In this document: piece by piece, positions 1 through 8,385 of the stretch
How positions within the stretch are numbered: the first letter of the stretch is position 1
Layout of the letters: each line of letters begins with the position of its first letter
DNA from: Hyphomicrobium sp.
GTDB taxonomy: Bacteria; Pseudomonadota; Alphaproteobacteria; Rhizobiales; Hyphomicrobiaceae
NCBI GenBank assembly: GCA_035517115.1
Contig: DATIZL010000010.1
Location: forward strand, 9,070-73,069
DNA: 64,000 nt
Direction: 5' to 3'
Translations under genes and position numbers: made by a program
The notes under the pieces: model-generated
Told to the model about the DNA's origin: nothing
What the model saw: only the letters and a program-made list of their open reading frames with translations
Databases searched by the model: none

Positions 1-2
1 TC

Positions 3-356
3 TTCAACCTGGAGAAATGGAATAGCCTGCCGAAGAGCTATCAGGCGTCTGCGAAGGCGGCGGCCGCGCTTGCCAACACCGCGATGATGGCGCGCTACGA
101 TATCGAGAACCCGCAGGCGCTGCAGCGCCTTGCCATCGGCGGTGCGGAGCTGCGGCCGTTCTCGGAGGCCGTGCTCGATGCCTGCTTTGCCGCCTCGAAC
201 CAGGTATTCGACGAGATCGCCGCCAAGAACGCCGACTTCAAGAAAGTCTACGAGGCCATGAAGGCGGTGCGCGGGCCCGACTATCTATGGTTCCAGGTCG
301 CGGAGGCGACCTACGACACGTACATGATGATCCAGCAGAGGAAGGGGCTGGTTTGA
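3..356 (+). CDS. TRAP transporter substrate-binding protein (DctP/TakP-like), C-terminal part, truncated by window start
   Basis: Frame is open from base 3 (FNLEKWNSLPKSYQA...); C-terminus LRPFSEAVLDACF...YLWFQVAEATYD is typical of TakP-type DctP; dctQM genes are nearby. Confidence 0.85.
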   Translation, partial: FNLEKWNSLPKSYQASAKAAAALANTAMMARYDIENPQALQRLAIGGAELRPFSEAVLDACFAASNQVFDEIAAKNADFKKVYEAMKAVRGPDYLWFQVAEATYDTYMMIQQRKGLV

Positions 357-425
357 GATCCTACGCCCGGCTCTGTGGTGGCGGGCGCCATTGGCACCGC
401 AAGCTCAGAAGAAAACTTACACCTT

Positions 426-866
426 TCACGGCACTCGCTTCCAGGTCTGGCTCTGACCGAAAAGCGGGATGCCGACGTAGCCGCGCACCGTGAGCGTGTT
501 GCCGTCGGGGCTGAGCTGCATGCTCGCGTTGTAGAATGTCCCGCTATCGGGGTCCAAGATCGTGCCGCCGCCGTAGTCCAGTCCGGTGCGTTTCATGCCC
601 TCAATGAAGAGGAGGCCCAGGATAGGTTTGTTCTGGCGGTCCCCGGGGCACTTGCGGCAGAGCGGATTTGTCTCGTCGCCGGGCTCGGGAAACAGCTTCG
701 AGATCCGGCCTTCGAAAATGCCGCGGCGCTCGGCGAAGGTGACGAGGGCGCCGACCTTGCCGGTATCGGGATCGATCTGCTGCCAGATCCCGCTGACGGT
801 CGGAGCGTCGGCCCATGCGGGTTGAGCCGCAAGGAGCACCGCGACAACGCCGGCGAAAAGCTTCAT
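426..866 (-). CDS. DUF2147 domain-containing exported protein
   Basis: Signal peptide, then GIWQQID...CRKCPGD...PILGL...GGTILDPDSG...LTVRGYVGIPLFGQSQTWKR, matching the DUF2147 pattern; start placed at MKLFAG. Confidence 0.8.
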   Translation of the reverse strand: MKLFAGVVAVLLAAQPAWADAPTVSGIWQQIDPDTGKVGALVTFAERRGIFEGRISKLFPEPGDETNPLCRKCPGDRQNKPILGLLFIEGMKRTGLDYGGGTILDPDSGTFYNASMQLSPDGNTLTVRGYVGIPLFGQSQTWKRVP

Positions 867-937
867 GCCCGAGGTCCCAAGTCCCTGACGCAAGTCAGCT
901 GCGAGGCTGCCTCGACACCGCGGCAGATTTTTGCCGA

Positions 938-2731
938 TTAGCGCTCCCGCAAGATGACGGGCGGCACGGAGAGGTCGAGGGTGGGCGCGCCGGGGCCCGC
1001 GCTCACCGGCGGCGGCGCGCCGGGGATCGCCGGGGGATAGGGCGGAAGCGACAGGCCCCGGCCTTGTGCGTTCGGGGGTGCGCTCGGCGCAAAGTGCGCA
1101 GGCATCTGCGGGCGTGGCGCGCGCGCCGTCTCATGGCGCACGAGCCCCGGCACCGCAATCAACAGCGCCACCATCGCGCACTGGATCAGCACATAGGGGA
1201 CCGCGCCCCAGTAGATCTGACCGGTGGTGACGAACGGCATGGTGCGTCCCGTGACCTTGTCGATGTAGCTCGTGCGCGGCGCCACCGAGCGAAGATAGAA
1301 CAGCGCGAAGCCAAAGGGCGGGTGCATGAAGCTCGTCTGCATGTTGACGGCGAGGATGACGCCGAACCAGACGAGGTCGATGCCGAGCTTCTGCGCCGCC
1401 GGCGCAAGCAGTGGAATGATGATGAAGGCGAGCTCGAAGAAATCGAGGAAGAAGGCGAGGATGAACACCAGCACGTTGACGAAGACGAGGAAACCCACGG
1501 CGCCGCCGGGCAGCGACACCAAAAGGTGCTCGACCCACTTGTGTCCGTTCACGCCATAGAAGGTGAGCGAGAAGATGCGCGCGCCTACAAGGATAAACAT
1601 GACGAAGGCCGACAGCTTCGCCGTCGCTTGCGCGGCCCCGCGCATGATGTCGAGGGAGAAGCGCGCAGGGTTGCGGTCGGCGATGCGCTTGCCCGCGGCG
1701 AGCAGCATGGCACCGACGGCGCCCATGGCTCCGCCTTCGGTCGGCGTGGCCACGCCGACGAAGATCGTGCCGAGGACCAAGAAGATCAGCAACAGCGGCG
1801 GCACCATCACGAAGATGACCTGCTCGGAGAGCGGCGACAGGAACGGCGTGCGCCCCAGGCGCTTGACGAGCTCGTTGACGGCCGCGGCGAGGAACGCGGC
1901 GCCGACGCCGACGGCGAGCATCAGGATGATGTAGTCGGCGCCTTGGTAGGGCGAGTTGCGCATGGTGAAGTAGGCGAAGGTCCCGCACACCGCGGCGAGC
2001 ACCGGCAGCGGCAGATGGCGCCCTGAGCTTTGTGCCGCGCGCTTTGCCAGCGCCTCTGGCGGCAGCCCGGGAGCTGCTGCCGGGAAGAACGTCGAGACCA
2101 GGAACACGAACACCGCGTAGGAAGCCGACAGCATGAGACCCGGCACCAGCGCGCCCGTGTACATGTCGCCGACGGAGCGTCCGAGCTGGTCGGCCATGAC
2201 GATGAGCACGAGCGAGGGCGGGATGATCTGCGCAAGCGTGCCCGAGGCCGCGATGGTTCCCGCCGCAAAGCGCGGATCGTAGCCGTAGCGCAGCATGATC
2301 GGCAGCGAGATGAGACCCATGGAGATCACCGACGCCGCCACCACGCCCGTCGTCGCGGCAAGCAGCGTGCCGACGAAGACGACGGCGTAGGCGAGGCCGC
2401 CGCGCACGGGTCCGAACAGCTGGCCCACGGTCTCGAGCAGGTCCTCCGCCATGCCCGAGCGCTCGAGGATCAATCCCATGAACGCGAAGAAGGGTATGGC
2501 GAGCAGCGTCTCGTTCGTCATCACGCCGTAGATGCGCTCCGGCAGCGTGCGCATCAGCGGCCACGATAGGTTGACGGCACCGCCGGAGTAGGGCGCAAGC
2601 AGCACGCCCAGCACGAAGAACATCATGCCCACAGCCGCCAGCGAGAAGGCGACGGGATAGCCGAGCAGCAGGAAAACGACGAGCGCCGCGAACATGATCG
2701 GCGCCAGGTTCTGTGCAATGAGCTCGATCAT
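938..2731 (-). CDS. dctM: TRAP transporter large permease (DctM)
   Basis: Polytopic membrane protein with LLAIPFFAFMG, GTIAASGTLAQIIPPS and PPFGFALFYLR motifs; start at MIELIAQNLAP. Confidence 0.92.
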   Translation of the reverse strand: MIELIAQNLAPIMFAALVVFLLLGYPVAFSLAAVGMMFFVLGVLLAPYSGGAVNLSWPLMRTLPERIYGVMTNETLLAIPFFAFMGLILERSGMAEDLLETVGQLFGPVRGGLAYAVVFVGTLLAATTGVVAASVISMGLISLPIMLRYGYDPRFAAGTIAASGTLAQIIPPSLVLIVMADQLGRSVGDMYTGALVPGLMLSASYAVFVFLVSTFFPAAAPGLPPEALAKRAAQSSGRHLPLPVLAAVCGTFAYFTMRNSPYQGADYIILMLAVGVGAAFLAAAVNELVKRLGRTPFLSPLSEQVIFVMVPPLLLIFLVLGTIFVGVATPTEGGAMGAVGAMLLAAGKRIADRNPARFSLDIMRGAAQATAKLSAFVMFILVGARIFSLTFYGVNGHKWVEHLLVSLPGGAVGFLVFVNVLVFILAFFLDFFELAFIIIPLLAPAAQKLGIDLVWFGVILAVNMQTSFMHPPFGFALFYLRSVAPRTSYIDKVTGRTMPFVTTGQIYWGAVPYVLIQCAMVALLIAVPGLVRHETARAPRPQMPAHFAPSAPPNAQGRGLSLPPYPPAIPGAPPPVSAGPGAPTLDLSVPPVILRER

Positions 2732-2803
2732 GTCCCCCGTAACGCCCCGCTCATGATCCCAAGCTTCTGCCCGCAAAGCGGGGAGAAGGAGAATGGTGCT
2801 GGC

Positions 2804-3436
2804 TCATTGTTGACGACTGCTCACATCACCAACGTTCGCACTTGTCTTGCCGCCGGCGTCGACCGACGCCACGTCGAGGTGGCCGGAGCGCGCCGGTTGG
2901 GCGGCAGGATGGCCGCTGCCGTCGGTCTCGGCGAGCTCGCCCCGCATGATGGCGATACGCTTGATGAGCTCGGACACGCCTTGGATGAAGAGGATGGAGA
3001 ATGCGAGCGGGATGAGGAACTTCGCCGGCCATTGCGGCAGCCCGCCGTAGTTGGAGGACTGCTCGTTCTGCTCATAGGAGACGAGGAAGAACGGCCAGGA
3101 GGTCCACACGATGACGGCGGCCATGGGCAGCAGAAAGAAGGCGTGGCCGATGATCTCGATGGCGTTGCGCACGCGCTGCGAGAAGCGCTGGTTCAGGATG
3201 TCGATGCGGATGTGCTCGTTGAGCGCCAGCGTCCAGGGGGCGGCCAGCAGAAAGACCGCGCTGAACAGCCACCACTGCAACTCGAGCCAGGTATTCGAGC
3301 TCACGTCGAACAGCTTGCGGATGATTGCGTTGCCGGCGCTGATGAGCGCGGCGGCCACGACGAGCCAGGCGACCCATTGGCCAAGCAGGCGCGTTGCGCC
3401 GTCGATGAGGCGGCTCACCGCCAACAAGGCTCTCAC
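2804..3436 (-). CDS. dctQ: TRAP transporter small permease (DctQ)
   Basis: GTG start preceded by GGAGG; four TM segments; ELQWWLFSAVFLL and EHIRIDIL motifs. Only the last ~210 aa of the 728-aa track ORF are real. Confidence 0.88.
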   Translation of the reverse strand: MRALLAVSRLIDGATRLLGQWVAWLVVAAALISAGNAIIRKLFDVSSNTWLELQWWLFSAVFLLAAPWTLALNEHIRIDILNQRFSQRVRNAIEIIGHAFFLLPMAAVIVWTSWPFFLVSYEQNEQSSNYGGLPQWPAKFLIPLAFSILFIQGVSELIKRIAIMRGELAETDGSGHPAAQPARSGHLDVASVDAGGKTSANVGDVSSRQQ

Positions 3437-3592
3437 GGTCCAGCCTCCCCAACGCCGGCCCAGCTCGGGCGGGTGCCGCCCGCCTCCCGTCATCCTATAT
3501 CCATAGCCATGCGCGCCCGTGACTTCCAGCACCGCCTCTGATATCGCCACGTTTCGGGTTTCGCGCCGCCCCGCATCCCCGGAGCACCAGAC

Positions 3593-5101
3593 ATGTCCAT
3601 TTCGAAGCCACAGGTCCTCGACGAGCTGCGCCGGGTCAAAGGACCCGACCTTGCCGGCAACATCGTCGATCTCGGGCTCGTGTCGGAGATCCTCGTCAAG
3701 GATGACCGCGTCTACTTTTCGATCACAGTCCCGGCGGCGCGTGCCGAGGAGCTGGAGCCGCTGCGCAAGGCGGCCGAGACCGTCGTCGCCAAGCTGCCGG
3801 GGGTCAGCGGCGTAACCGCGGTGCTCACGGCAGAGGCCGCGCGCGGGTCGGGTGCCGGTACTCCCGCGCCCGCCGCGAGGCCGCCGGAGAGCACACGCGT
3901 CACGGAAGCCCGCGCGGCGGCGGGAAACGGCACGCACGCGACCCAGCCGCAAGGGGCGAGACCGCTTGCGGGTGTGCCCGGCGTCAGAAGCGTCATCGCG
4001 GTCGCCTCGGGCAAGGGCGGCGTCGGCAAATCGACGGCGGCGGTCAATCTGGCGCTCGGGCTCAAGGCGCTGGGGCATAAGGTCGGCATCCTCGACGCCG
4101 ACATTTACGGTCCCTCGCAGCCGCGCCTTTTGGGGCTCAAAGGCCAGCCGAAAATCGTTTCCGGCAAGACCCTGCGGCCCATGGAAGGCTACGGACTGAA
4201 GGTCATGTCGATGGGCTTCCTCGTCGACGAGGAGACACCCGTGATCTGGCGCGGGCCCATGGTCGTCGGCGCGTTGAACCAGATGCTGCGCGATGTCGCC
4301 TGGGGCGAGGACGGCGAGCTCGATGTGCTCGTCATCGATATGCCGCCGGGCACCGGCGACGTGCAGCTCACAATGGCGCAGCAAGTTCCCTTGTCGGGCG
4401 CCGTCATCGTATCGACGCCGCAGGACCTCGCCCTGATCGATGCGAGGAAGGGCCTCGCCATGTTCCGCAAGGTCGGCGTGCCCGTGCTCGGCATCATCGA
4501 GAACATGAGCTACTTCACCTGTCCGACGTGCGGCGAGCCCTCGCACATCTTCGGCCACGGCGGCGCGGAGGCGGAGGCGCAGCGGCTCGGTGTACCGTTC
4601 CTCGGGGCAATCCCGCTCGACATGGAAATCCGGGCGCGCTCCGATGAGGGAAAGCCGGTGACGGCGACCGAGCCCAACTCGGAGCTCGCGCAAACCTTCC
4701 GCAAGATCGCCGAGCGCACCTGGGCCGAATTGAAGTCGGCGCAGGACGTGGCCACCAAGCCGCCGAAACTCGGCCTGAGCCCCAATGGCGACACGCTCAC
4801 GGTCGAGTTCGCGTGCGGACCCAAGTACGAGCTTGCGGCCGAGCTTCTGCGCGTCATGAGCCCGTCGGCCGAGGTGCAGGGGCACTCGCCCGAGCAGCGC
4901 GTCACGGTCGGCCGCAAGCGCCACGTGAAAATCAAGGATCTGCGCCCGGTCGGCACCTACGCCGTTCGCATCGCCTTCGACGACGGGCACGACACGGGGC
5001 TCTTCACCTGGACCTACCTCCAGCAGCTCGGCCGCGAGAAAGAGAAACGCTGGCGCGAGTACCTGACCGAGCTCGAAGCCAAGGGGCTGTCGCGCGATTG
5101 A
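3593..5101 (+). CDS. mrp: Mrp/ApbC (NBP35) Fe-S cluster carrier ATPase with N-terminal DUF59 and fused C-terminal DUF971 domain
   Basis: ASGKGGVGKST Walker A, DADIYGPS, DMPPGTGD, CPTC; C-terminal LRVMSPSAEVQGH...FDDGHDTGLFTW is DUF971-like. Confidence 0.92.
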   Translation: MSISKPQVLDELRRVKGPDLAGNIVDLGLVSEILVKDDRVYFSITVPAARAEELEPLRKAAETVVAKLPGVSGVTAVLTAEAARGSGAGTPAPAARPPESTRVTEARAAAGNGTHATQPQGARPLAGVPGVRSVIAVASGKGGVGKSTAAVNLALGLKALGHKVGILDADIYGPSQPRLLGLKGQPKIVSGKTLRPMEGYGLKVMSMGFLVDEETPVIWRGPMVVGALNQMLRDVAWGEDGELDVLVIDMPPGTGDVQLTMAQQVPLSGAVIVSTPQDLALIDARKGLAMFRKVGVPVLGIIENMSYFTCPTCGEPSHIFGHGGAEAEAQRLGVPFLGAIPLDMEIRARSDEGKPVTATEPNSELAQTFRKIAERTWAELKSAQDVATKPPKLGLSPNGDTLTVEFACGPKYELAAELLRVMSPSAEVQGHSPEQRVTVGRKRHVKIKDLRPVGTYAVRIAFDDGHDTGLFTWTYLQQLGREKEKRWREYLTELEAKGLSRD

Positions 5102-5207
5102 GACAGTGGGCGCCCCGGGCTCAATCGATTGAATTTACGGCGTGTTTGCCTCATCCGCGGGTGCTGCCCTGCGCCGCGCCGGCCTGGGTGCGATGGGGCC
5201 CGATCCC

Positions 5208-5236
5208 TTGACTTCGCCGCCATTCTTTTCGATTCT
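5208..5236 (+). promoter_or_regulatory. Putative sigma70 promoter of infC
   Basis: TTGACT-N17-GATTCT about 95 nt upstream of the infC start. Confidence 0.5.
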
Positions 5237-5330
5237 TGCGTGTGTTAGGTGTGCCGTCTCGCGTCGCCCAAGGAGAGATGCGAGCGCGCATACTTGCGAT
5301 TGCAGTTGAAGCCACCGAAGGAGACGCAAC

Positions 5331-5870
5331 ATCCGCCGACCAATGCGAGCCGCGCCTGAGCGCGAGCAAACCGGGCCCAAGATCAATGAGGCGATCAGGG
5401 CCAAAGAGGTGAGGTTGATCGACGAGAACGGGGAAAACGCAGGCGTCGTGAGCCATGCAGACGCGCTTGAGCGCGCCGTCAGGGCCGGCCTCGACCTCGT
5501 TGAGATTTCGCCCGACGCGCAACCGCCCGTCTGCAAGATCCTCGACTACGGCAAATACAAGTATCAGGCGCAGAAGAAGGCCGCCGAGGCGCGCAAGCAT
5601 CAAAAGGTCGTCGAGATCAAAGAGATCAAGATGCGCCCCGCGATCGACGATCACGACTACGACGTGAAGATGCGCTCCATCAAACGCTTCTTCGAGGAGG
5701 GCGACAAGGTGAAGGTCACCTTGCGCTTCCGCGGCCGCGAGATGGCGCACCAGCAGCTCGGCATGGAAGTGCTGCAGCGTGTGAAGGGCGACCTTGAGAC
5801 GATCGCCAAGGTGGAGGCCGAGCCGCGACTCGAGGGACGTCAGATGGTGATGGTTCTGGCGCCAAGGTAG
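5331..5870 (+). CDS. infC: Translation initiation factor IF-3, probable non-canonical ATC start
   Basis: [14 protein letters not shown]...KEIKMRP...[10 protein letters not shown]; SD AAGGAG lies 7 nt before an in-frame ATC at 5331, whereas the ATG at 5343 has no spaced SD. Confidence 0.97.
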   Translation: MRRPMRAAPEREQTGPKINEAIRAKEVRLIDENGENAGVVSHADALERAVRAGLDLVEISPDAQPPVCKILDYGKYKYQAQKKAAEARKHQKVVEIKEIKMRPAIDDHDYDVKMRSIKRFFEEGDKVKVTLRFRGREMAHQQLGMEVLQRVKGDLETIAKVEAEPRLEGRQMVMVLAPR

Positions 5871-5909
5871 CGGCACCCGCTCCTGCGCCGGCTTTGATGG
5901 AGGTCGTGC

Positions 5910-6377
5910 TTGCAGCGGAGCGAATTGTCCTGTGCGGGATCGAGCGGCCGCCGGCTTCTGTCGGCGGCCGTGGCCGTTGTCCTCCTCGCCGGGAGCACAG
6001 CCGCGCAAACCGTGATCGTCGAGCCGCCGAAACTTCCCCCACCGCCAGGTGCGGCCGGAGTGGGCGGCGGCGCCGGACTGGCTGCGCCGCTACCGCAGCT
6101 TCCGACTGCACCAAGCCTCACCCCGACGCTGCCCGCGCCGTTGCCGGCACCCGTTCCTGTGGCGCCCGAGGCCGCGCCTCCGGTGGCAGCGCCGGCTCCG
6201 GCGCGGGTGGTGCGCTTCCGCTGCGACGTGGCGCCGGAAGCCGAGAGTTGCCGGGAGCCGGGCGCACCGGACGGCGGCGGGGACGACAGCGAATGCAGCT
6301 GCGCCAAGGACCTTTGCTACGACCAGCTCGATCCGGCCACGGGGAAATCGCACCAGGTGTGCGAGAAGGCGCAGTAG
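5910..6377 (+). CDS. Hypothetical exported Pro-rich protein with a C-terminal Cys-rich domain
   Basis: Signal-like segment (RRLLSAAVAVVLLAGSTAA), Pro/Ala linker, six C-terminal Cys; start uncertain. Confidence 0.65.
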   Translation: MQRSELSCAGSSGRRLLSAAVAVVLLAGSTAAQTVIVEPPKLPPPPGAAGVGGGAGLAAPLPQLPTAPSLTPTLPAPLPAPVPVAPEAAPPVAAPAPARVVRFRCDVAPEAESCREPGAPDGGGDDSECSCAKDLCYDQLDPATGKSHQVCEKAQ

Positions 6378-6395
6378 CGGCGGCGCCTGCGCCTC

Positions 6396-6424
6396 TTGCC
6401 GCCGACCATGGCTGCCCGTATAAG
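6396..6424 (+). promoter_or_regulatory. Putative sigma70 promoter of rpmI-rplT
   Basis: TTGCCG-N17-TATAAG about 140 nt upstream of rpmI. Confidence 0.55.
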
Positions 6425-6566
6425 GGCGCGGAGCCGCCCGGCGGGGCATGCCGTGGCGGCTCTTATGCTTTGTACATCACACGGCACACCGGCCTTTAGC
6501 GCCGGGGCGTAAACGCCAAAGCCGCATGTCGAGGACATGCCGCGCCGTGAGCGAAAGGAGAGCGAA

Positions 6567-6767
6567 ATGCCCAAGCTGAAGACCAAAAGCGGCGCCAAAA
6601 AGCGCTTCAAGATGACGGGAACGGGCAAGGTCAAGGCCGCAGCCCAGGGCAAGCGCCACGGCATGATCAAGCGCCACGCGAAGTTCATTCGCCAAGCGCG
6701 CGGCACCATGGTGCTCAACGAGAGCGACGCCAAGATCGTCAAGAAGTACATGCCCTACGCTCGCTGA
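6567..6767 (+). CDS. rpmI: 50S ribosomal protein L35
   Basis: [21 protein letters not shown]; AGGAG SD upstream. Confidence 0.97.
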   Translation: MPKLKTKSGAKKRFKMTGTGKVKAAAQGKRHGMIKRHAKFIRQARGTMVLNESDAKIVKKYMPYAR

Positions 6768-6812
6768 TCCCAGCCCAAGCACACGCAAACCGACATCTGA
6801 CGGAGTAGAGCC

Positions 6813-7181
6813 ATGGCACGCGTCAAGCGCGGCGTCGCCGCCCATGCCAAGCACAAGAAAGTCATCAAGGCCGCCAAGGGCTATTACGGGCGGCGCAAGA
6901 ACACGATCCGCATCGCCAAGCAGGCGGTCGAGAAGGCGCTGCAGTATCAGTACCGTGATCGCAAGCGCAAGAAGCGCACGTTCCGCTCGCTTTGGATCCA
7001 GCGCATCAATGCGGCCGCGCGCGAGCACGGGCTCACCTACGGACGATTTATCGACGGCCTCAACAAGGCCGGCATCGAGATCGACCGCAAGGTGCTGGCC
7101 GATCTCGCGGTGAAGGACGCCGCGGGCTTCAAGGCGCTCGCCGAGCGGGCGGCTGCCGCCGTCAAGAAGGCCGCGGCCTAA
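6813..7181 (+). CDS. rplT: 50S ribosomal protein L20
   Basis: MARVKRGV...[12 protein letters not shown]...[13 protein letters not shown]. Confidence 0.98.
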   Translation: MARVKRGVAAHAKHKKVIKAAKGYYGRRKNTIRIAKQAVEKALQYQYRDRKRKKRTFRSLWIQRINAAAREHGLTYGRFIDGLNKAGIEIDRKVLADLAVKDAAGFKALAERAAAAVKKAAA

Positions 7182-7197
7182 GCCGCTTCGCTCCACG

Positions 7198-7289
7198 TGT
7201 CATCCTCGGCTTTACGCCAAGGACCCATCTATCGGCTTGCTCCGGAGCATGGGGCAAGTTGGGTCCTCGGGACAAGCCCGAGGACGACA
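7198..7289. repeat. REP-like palindromic element, family A (TGTCATCCTCGG...CCGAGGATGACA)
   Basis: Ends TGTCATCCTCGGC...GGACCC and GGGTCCTCGGGACAAGCCCGAGGACGACA match the copies at 15537, 20544 and 26892. Confidence 0.85.
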
Positions 7290-7308
7290 GGCTAGAGATG
7301 CTCTCGCC

Positions 7309-8385
7309 ATGAGCGCCAACGCACCCGAGATGAAGAAGCTCGAAGCGGAGCTTCTGAATGAAATCACCGGCACGGCCGACCTTGCGACCCTTGAGCAGGT
7401 GCGCGTCGCCGCGCTCGGCAAGAAGGGGCGCGTCTCCGAGCTCATGGCACGCTTGGGCTCCATGGCGCCGGAGGAGCGCAAGGCCTTCGGGCAGGCGGTC
7501 AACGAGTTGAAGGGCTGCGTTACGGACGCGCTCGAGGTGCGCAAGGGCGCGCTCGAGGTCGAAGCGCTGTCGGCTCGGCTTGCCAATGAGCGCGCCGACG
7601 TCACGCTGCCCGTGCGCCCGGGCCCCGTCGCCGAGGGCCGCATCCACCCGGTCGCGCAGGTGCTCGAGGAGTGCATCGAGATTTTCGCCGACATGGGCTT
7701 CGCCGTCGCCGAAGGTCCCGACATCGAGACCGACGACTTGAACTTCACCAAGCTCAACGTGCCGCCGGAGCATCCGGCGCGCCAAGAGCACGACACTTTC
7801 TATTTCCACCCCCAGCCCGACGGCTCGCGCCTGCTCTTGAGGACGCACACGAGCCCCGTGCAGATCCGCACCATGATGCGCGAGAAGCCGCCCATCCGCG
7901 TCATCGCGCCGGGCCGCGTCTACCGCTGCGACAGCGATCAGACGCACACGCCCATGTTCCACCAGATCGAGGGCCTCGTCATCGACGAAGAGACCCACAT
8001 GGGCCACCTGAAATGGGTGCTGGAGGAGTTCTGCAAGGCGTTCTTCGAGGTGGAGGAGGTGAAGATGCGCTTCCGCGCCTCGCACTTCCCGTTCACGGAG
8101 CCGTCGGCCGAGGTCGACATCGGCGCGGAGGCGATCGGCAAGCCGGGCAAGTGGCTCGAGATCCTCGGCTGCGGGATGGTGCACCCGAACGTGCTCGCAA
8201 ACTGCGGCCTCGATCCGCAGCGCTACCAGGGCTTCGCCTTCGGCATGGGGCTCGACCGCATCGCCATGCTGAAGTACGGCATCCCCGATTTGCGCGCCTT
8301 CTTCTCCGGCGACCTGCGCTGGCTGCGCCACTACGGCTTCTCCGTGCTCGACGTGCCGACGCTAGCGGGCGGGTTGCCGTCATGA
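7309..8385 (+). CDS. pheS: Phenylalanine-tRNA ligase alpha subunit
   Basis: [39 protein letters not shown]; start placed at MSANAP after the REP element. Confidence 0.97.
   Translation: MSANAPEMKKLEAELLNEITGTADLATLEQVRVAALGKKGRVSELMARLGSMAPEERKAFGQAVNELKGCVTDALEVRKGALEVEALSARLANERADVTLPVRPGPVAEGRIHPVAQVLEECIEIFADMGFAVAEGPDIETDDLNFTKLNVPPEHPARQEHDTFYFHPQPDGSRLLLRTHTSPVQIRTMMREKPPIRVIAPGRVYRCDSDQTHTPMFHQIEGLVIDEETHMGHLKWVLEEFCKAFFEVEEVKMRFRASHFPFTEPSAEVDIGAEAIGKPGKWLEILGCGMVHPNVLANCGLDPQRYQGFAFGMGLDRIAMLKYGIPDLRAFFSGDLRWLRHYGFSVLDVPTLAGGLPS

Noticed and set aside
2804-4990. 728-aa minus-strand ORF
   Set aside because: Its N-terminal ~520 aa are the antisense shadow of mrp; only 2804-3436 encodes DctQ.
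5121-5132. Palindrome TCAATCGATTGA between mrp and infC
   Set aside because: Does not match the FNR/FixK box (TTGAT-N4-ATCAA) or another motif I can name; single occurrence.
7237-7308. Apparent N-terminal extension of PheS
   Set aside because: Translated from the family A repeat; there is no evidence that the repeat is part of the protein.
7671-8381. Apparent 237-aa N-terminal extension of PheT
   Set aside because: Out-of-frame overlap with pheS; the real start is the ATG at 8382 coupled to the pheS stop.
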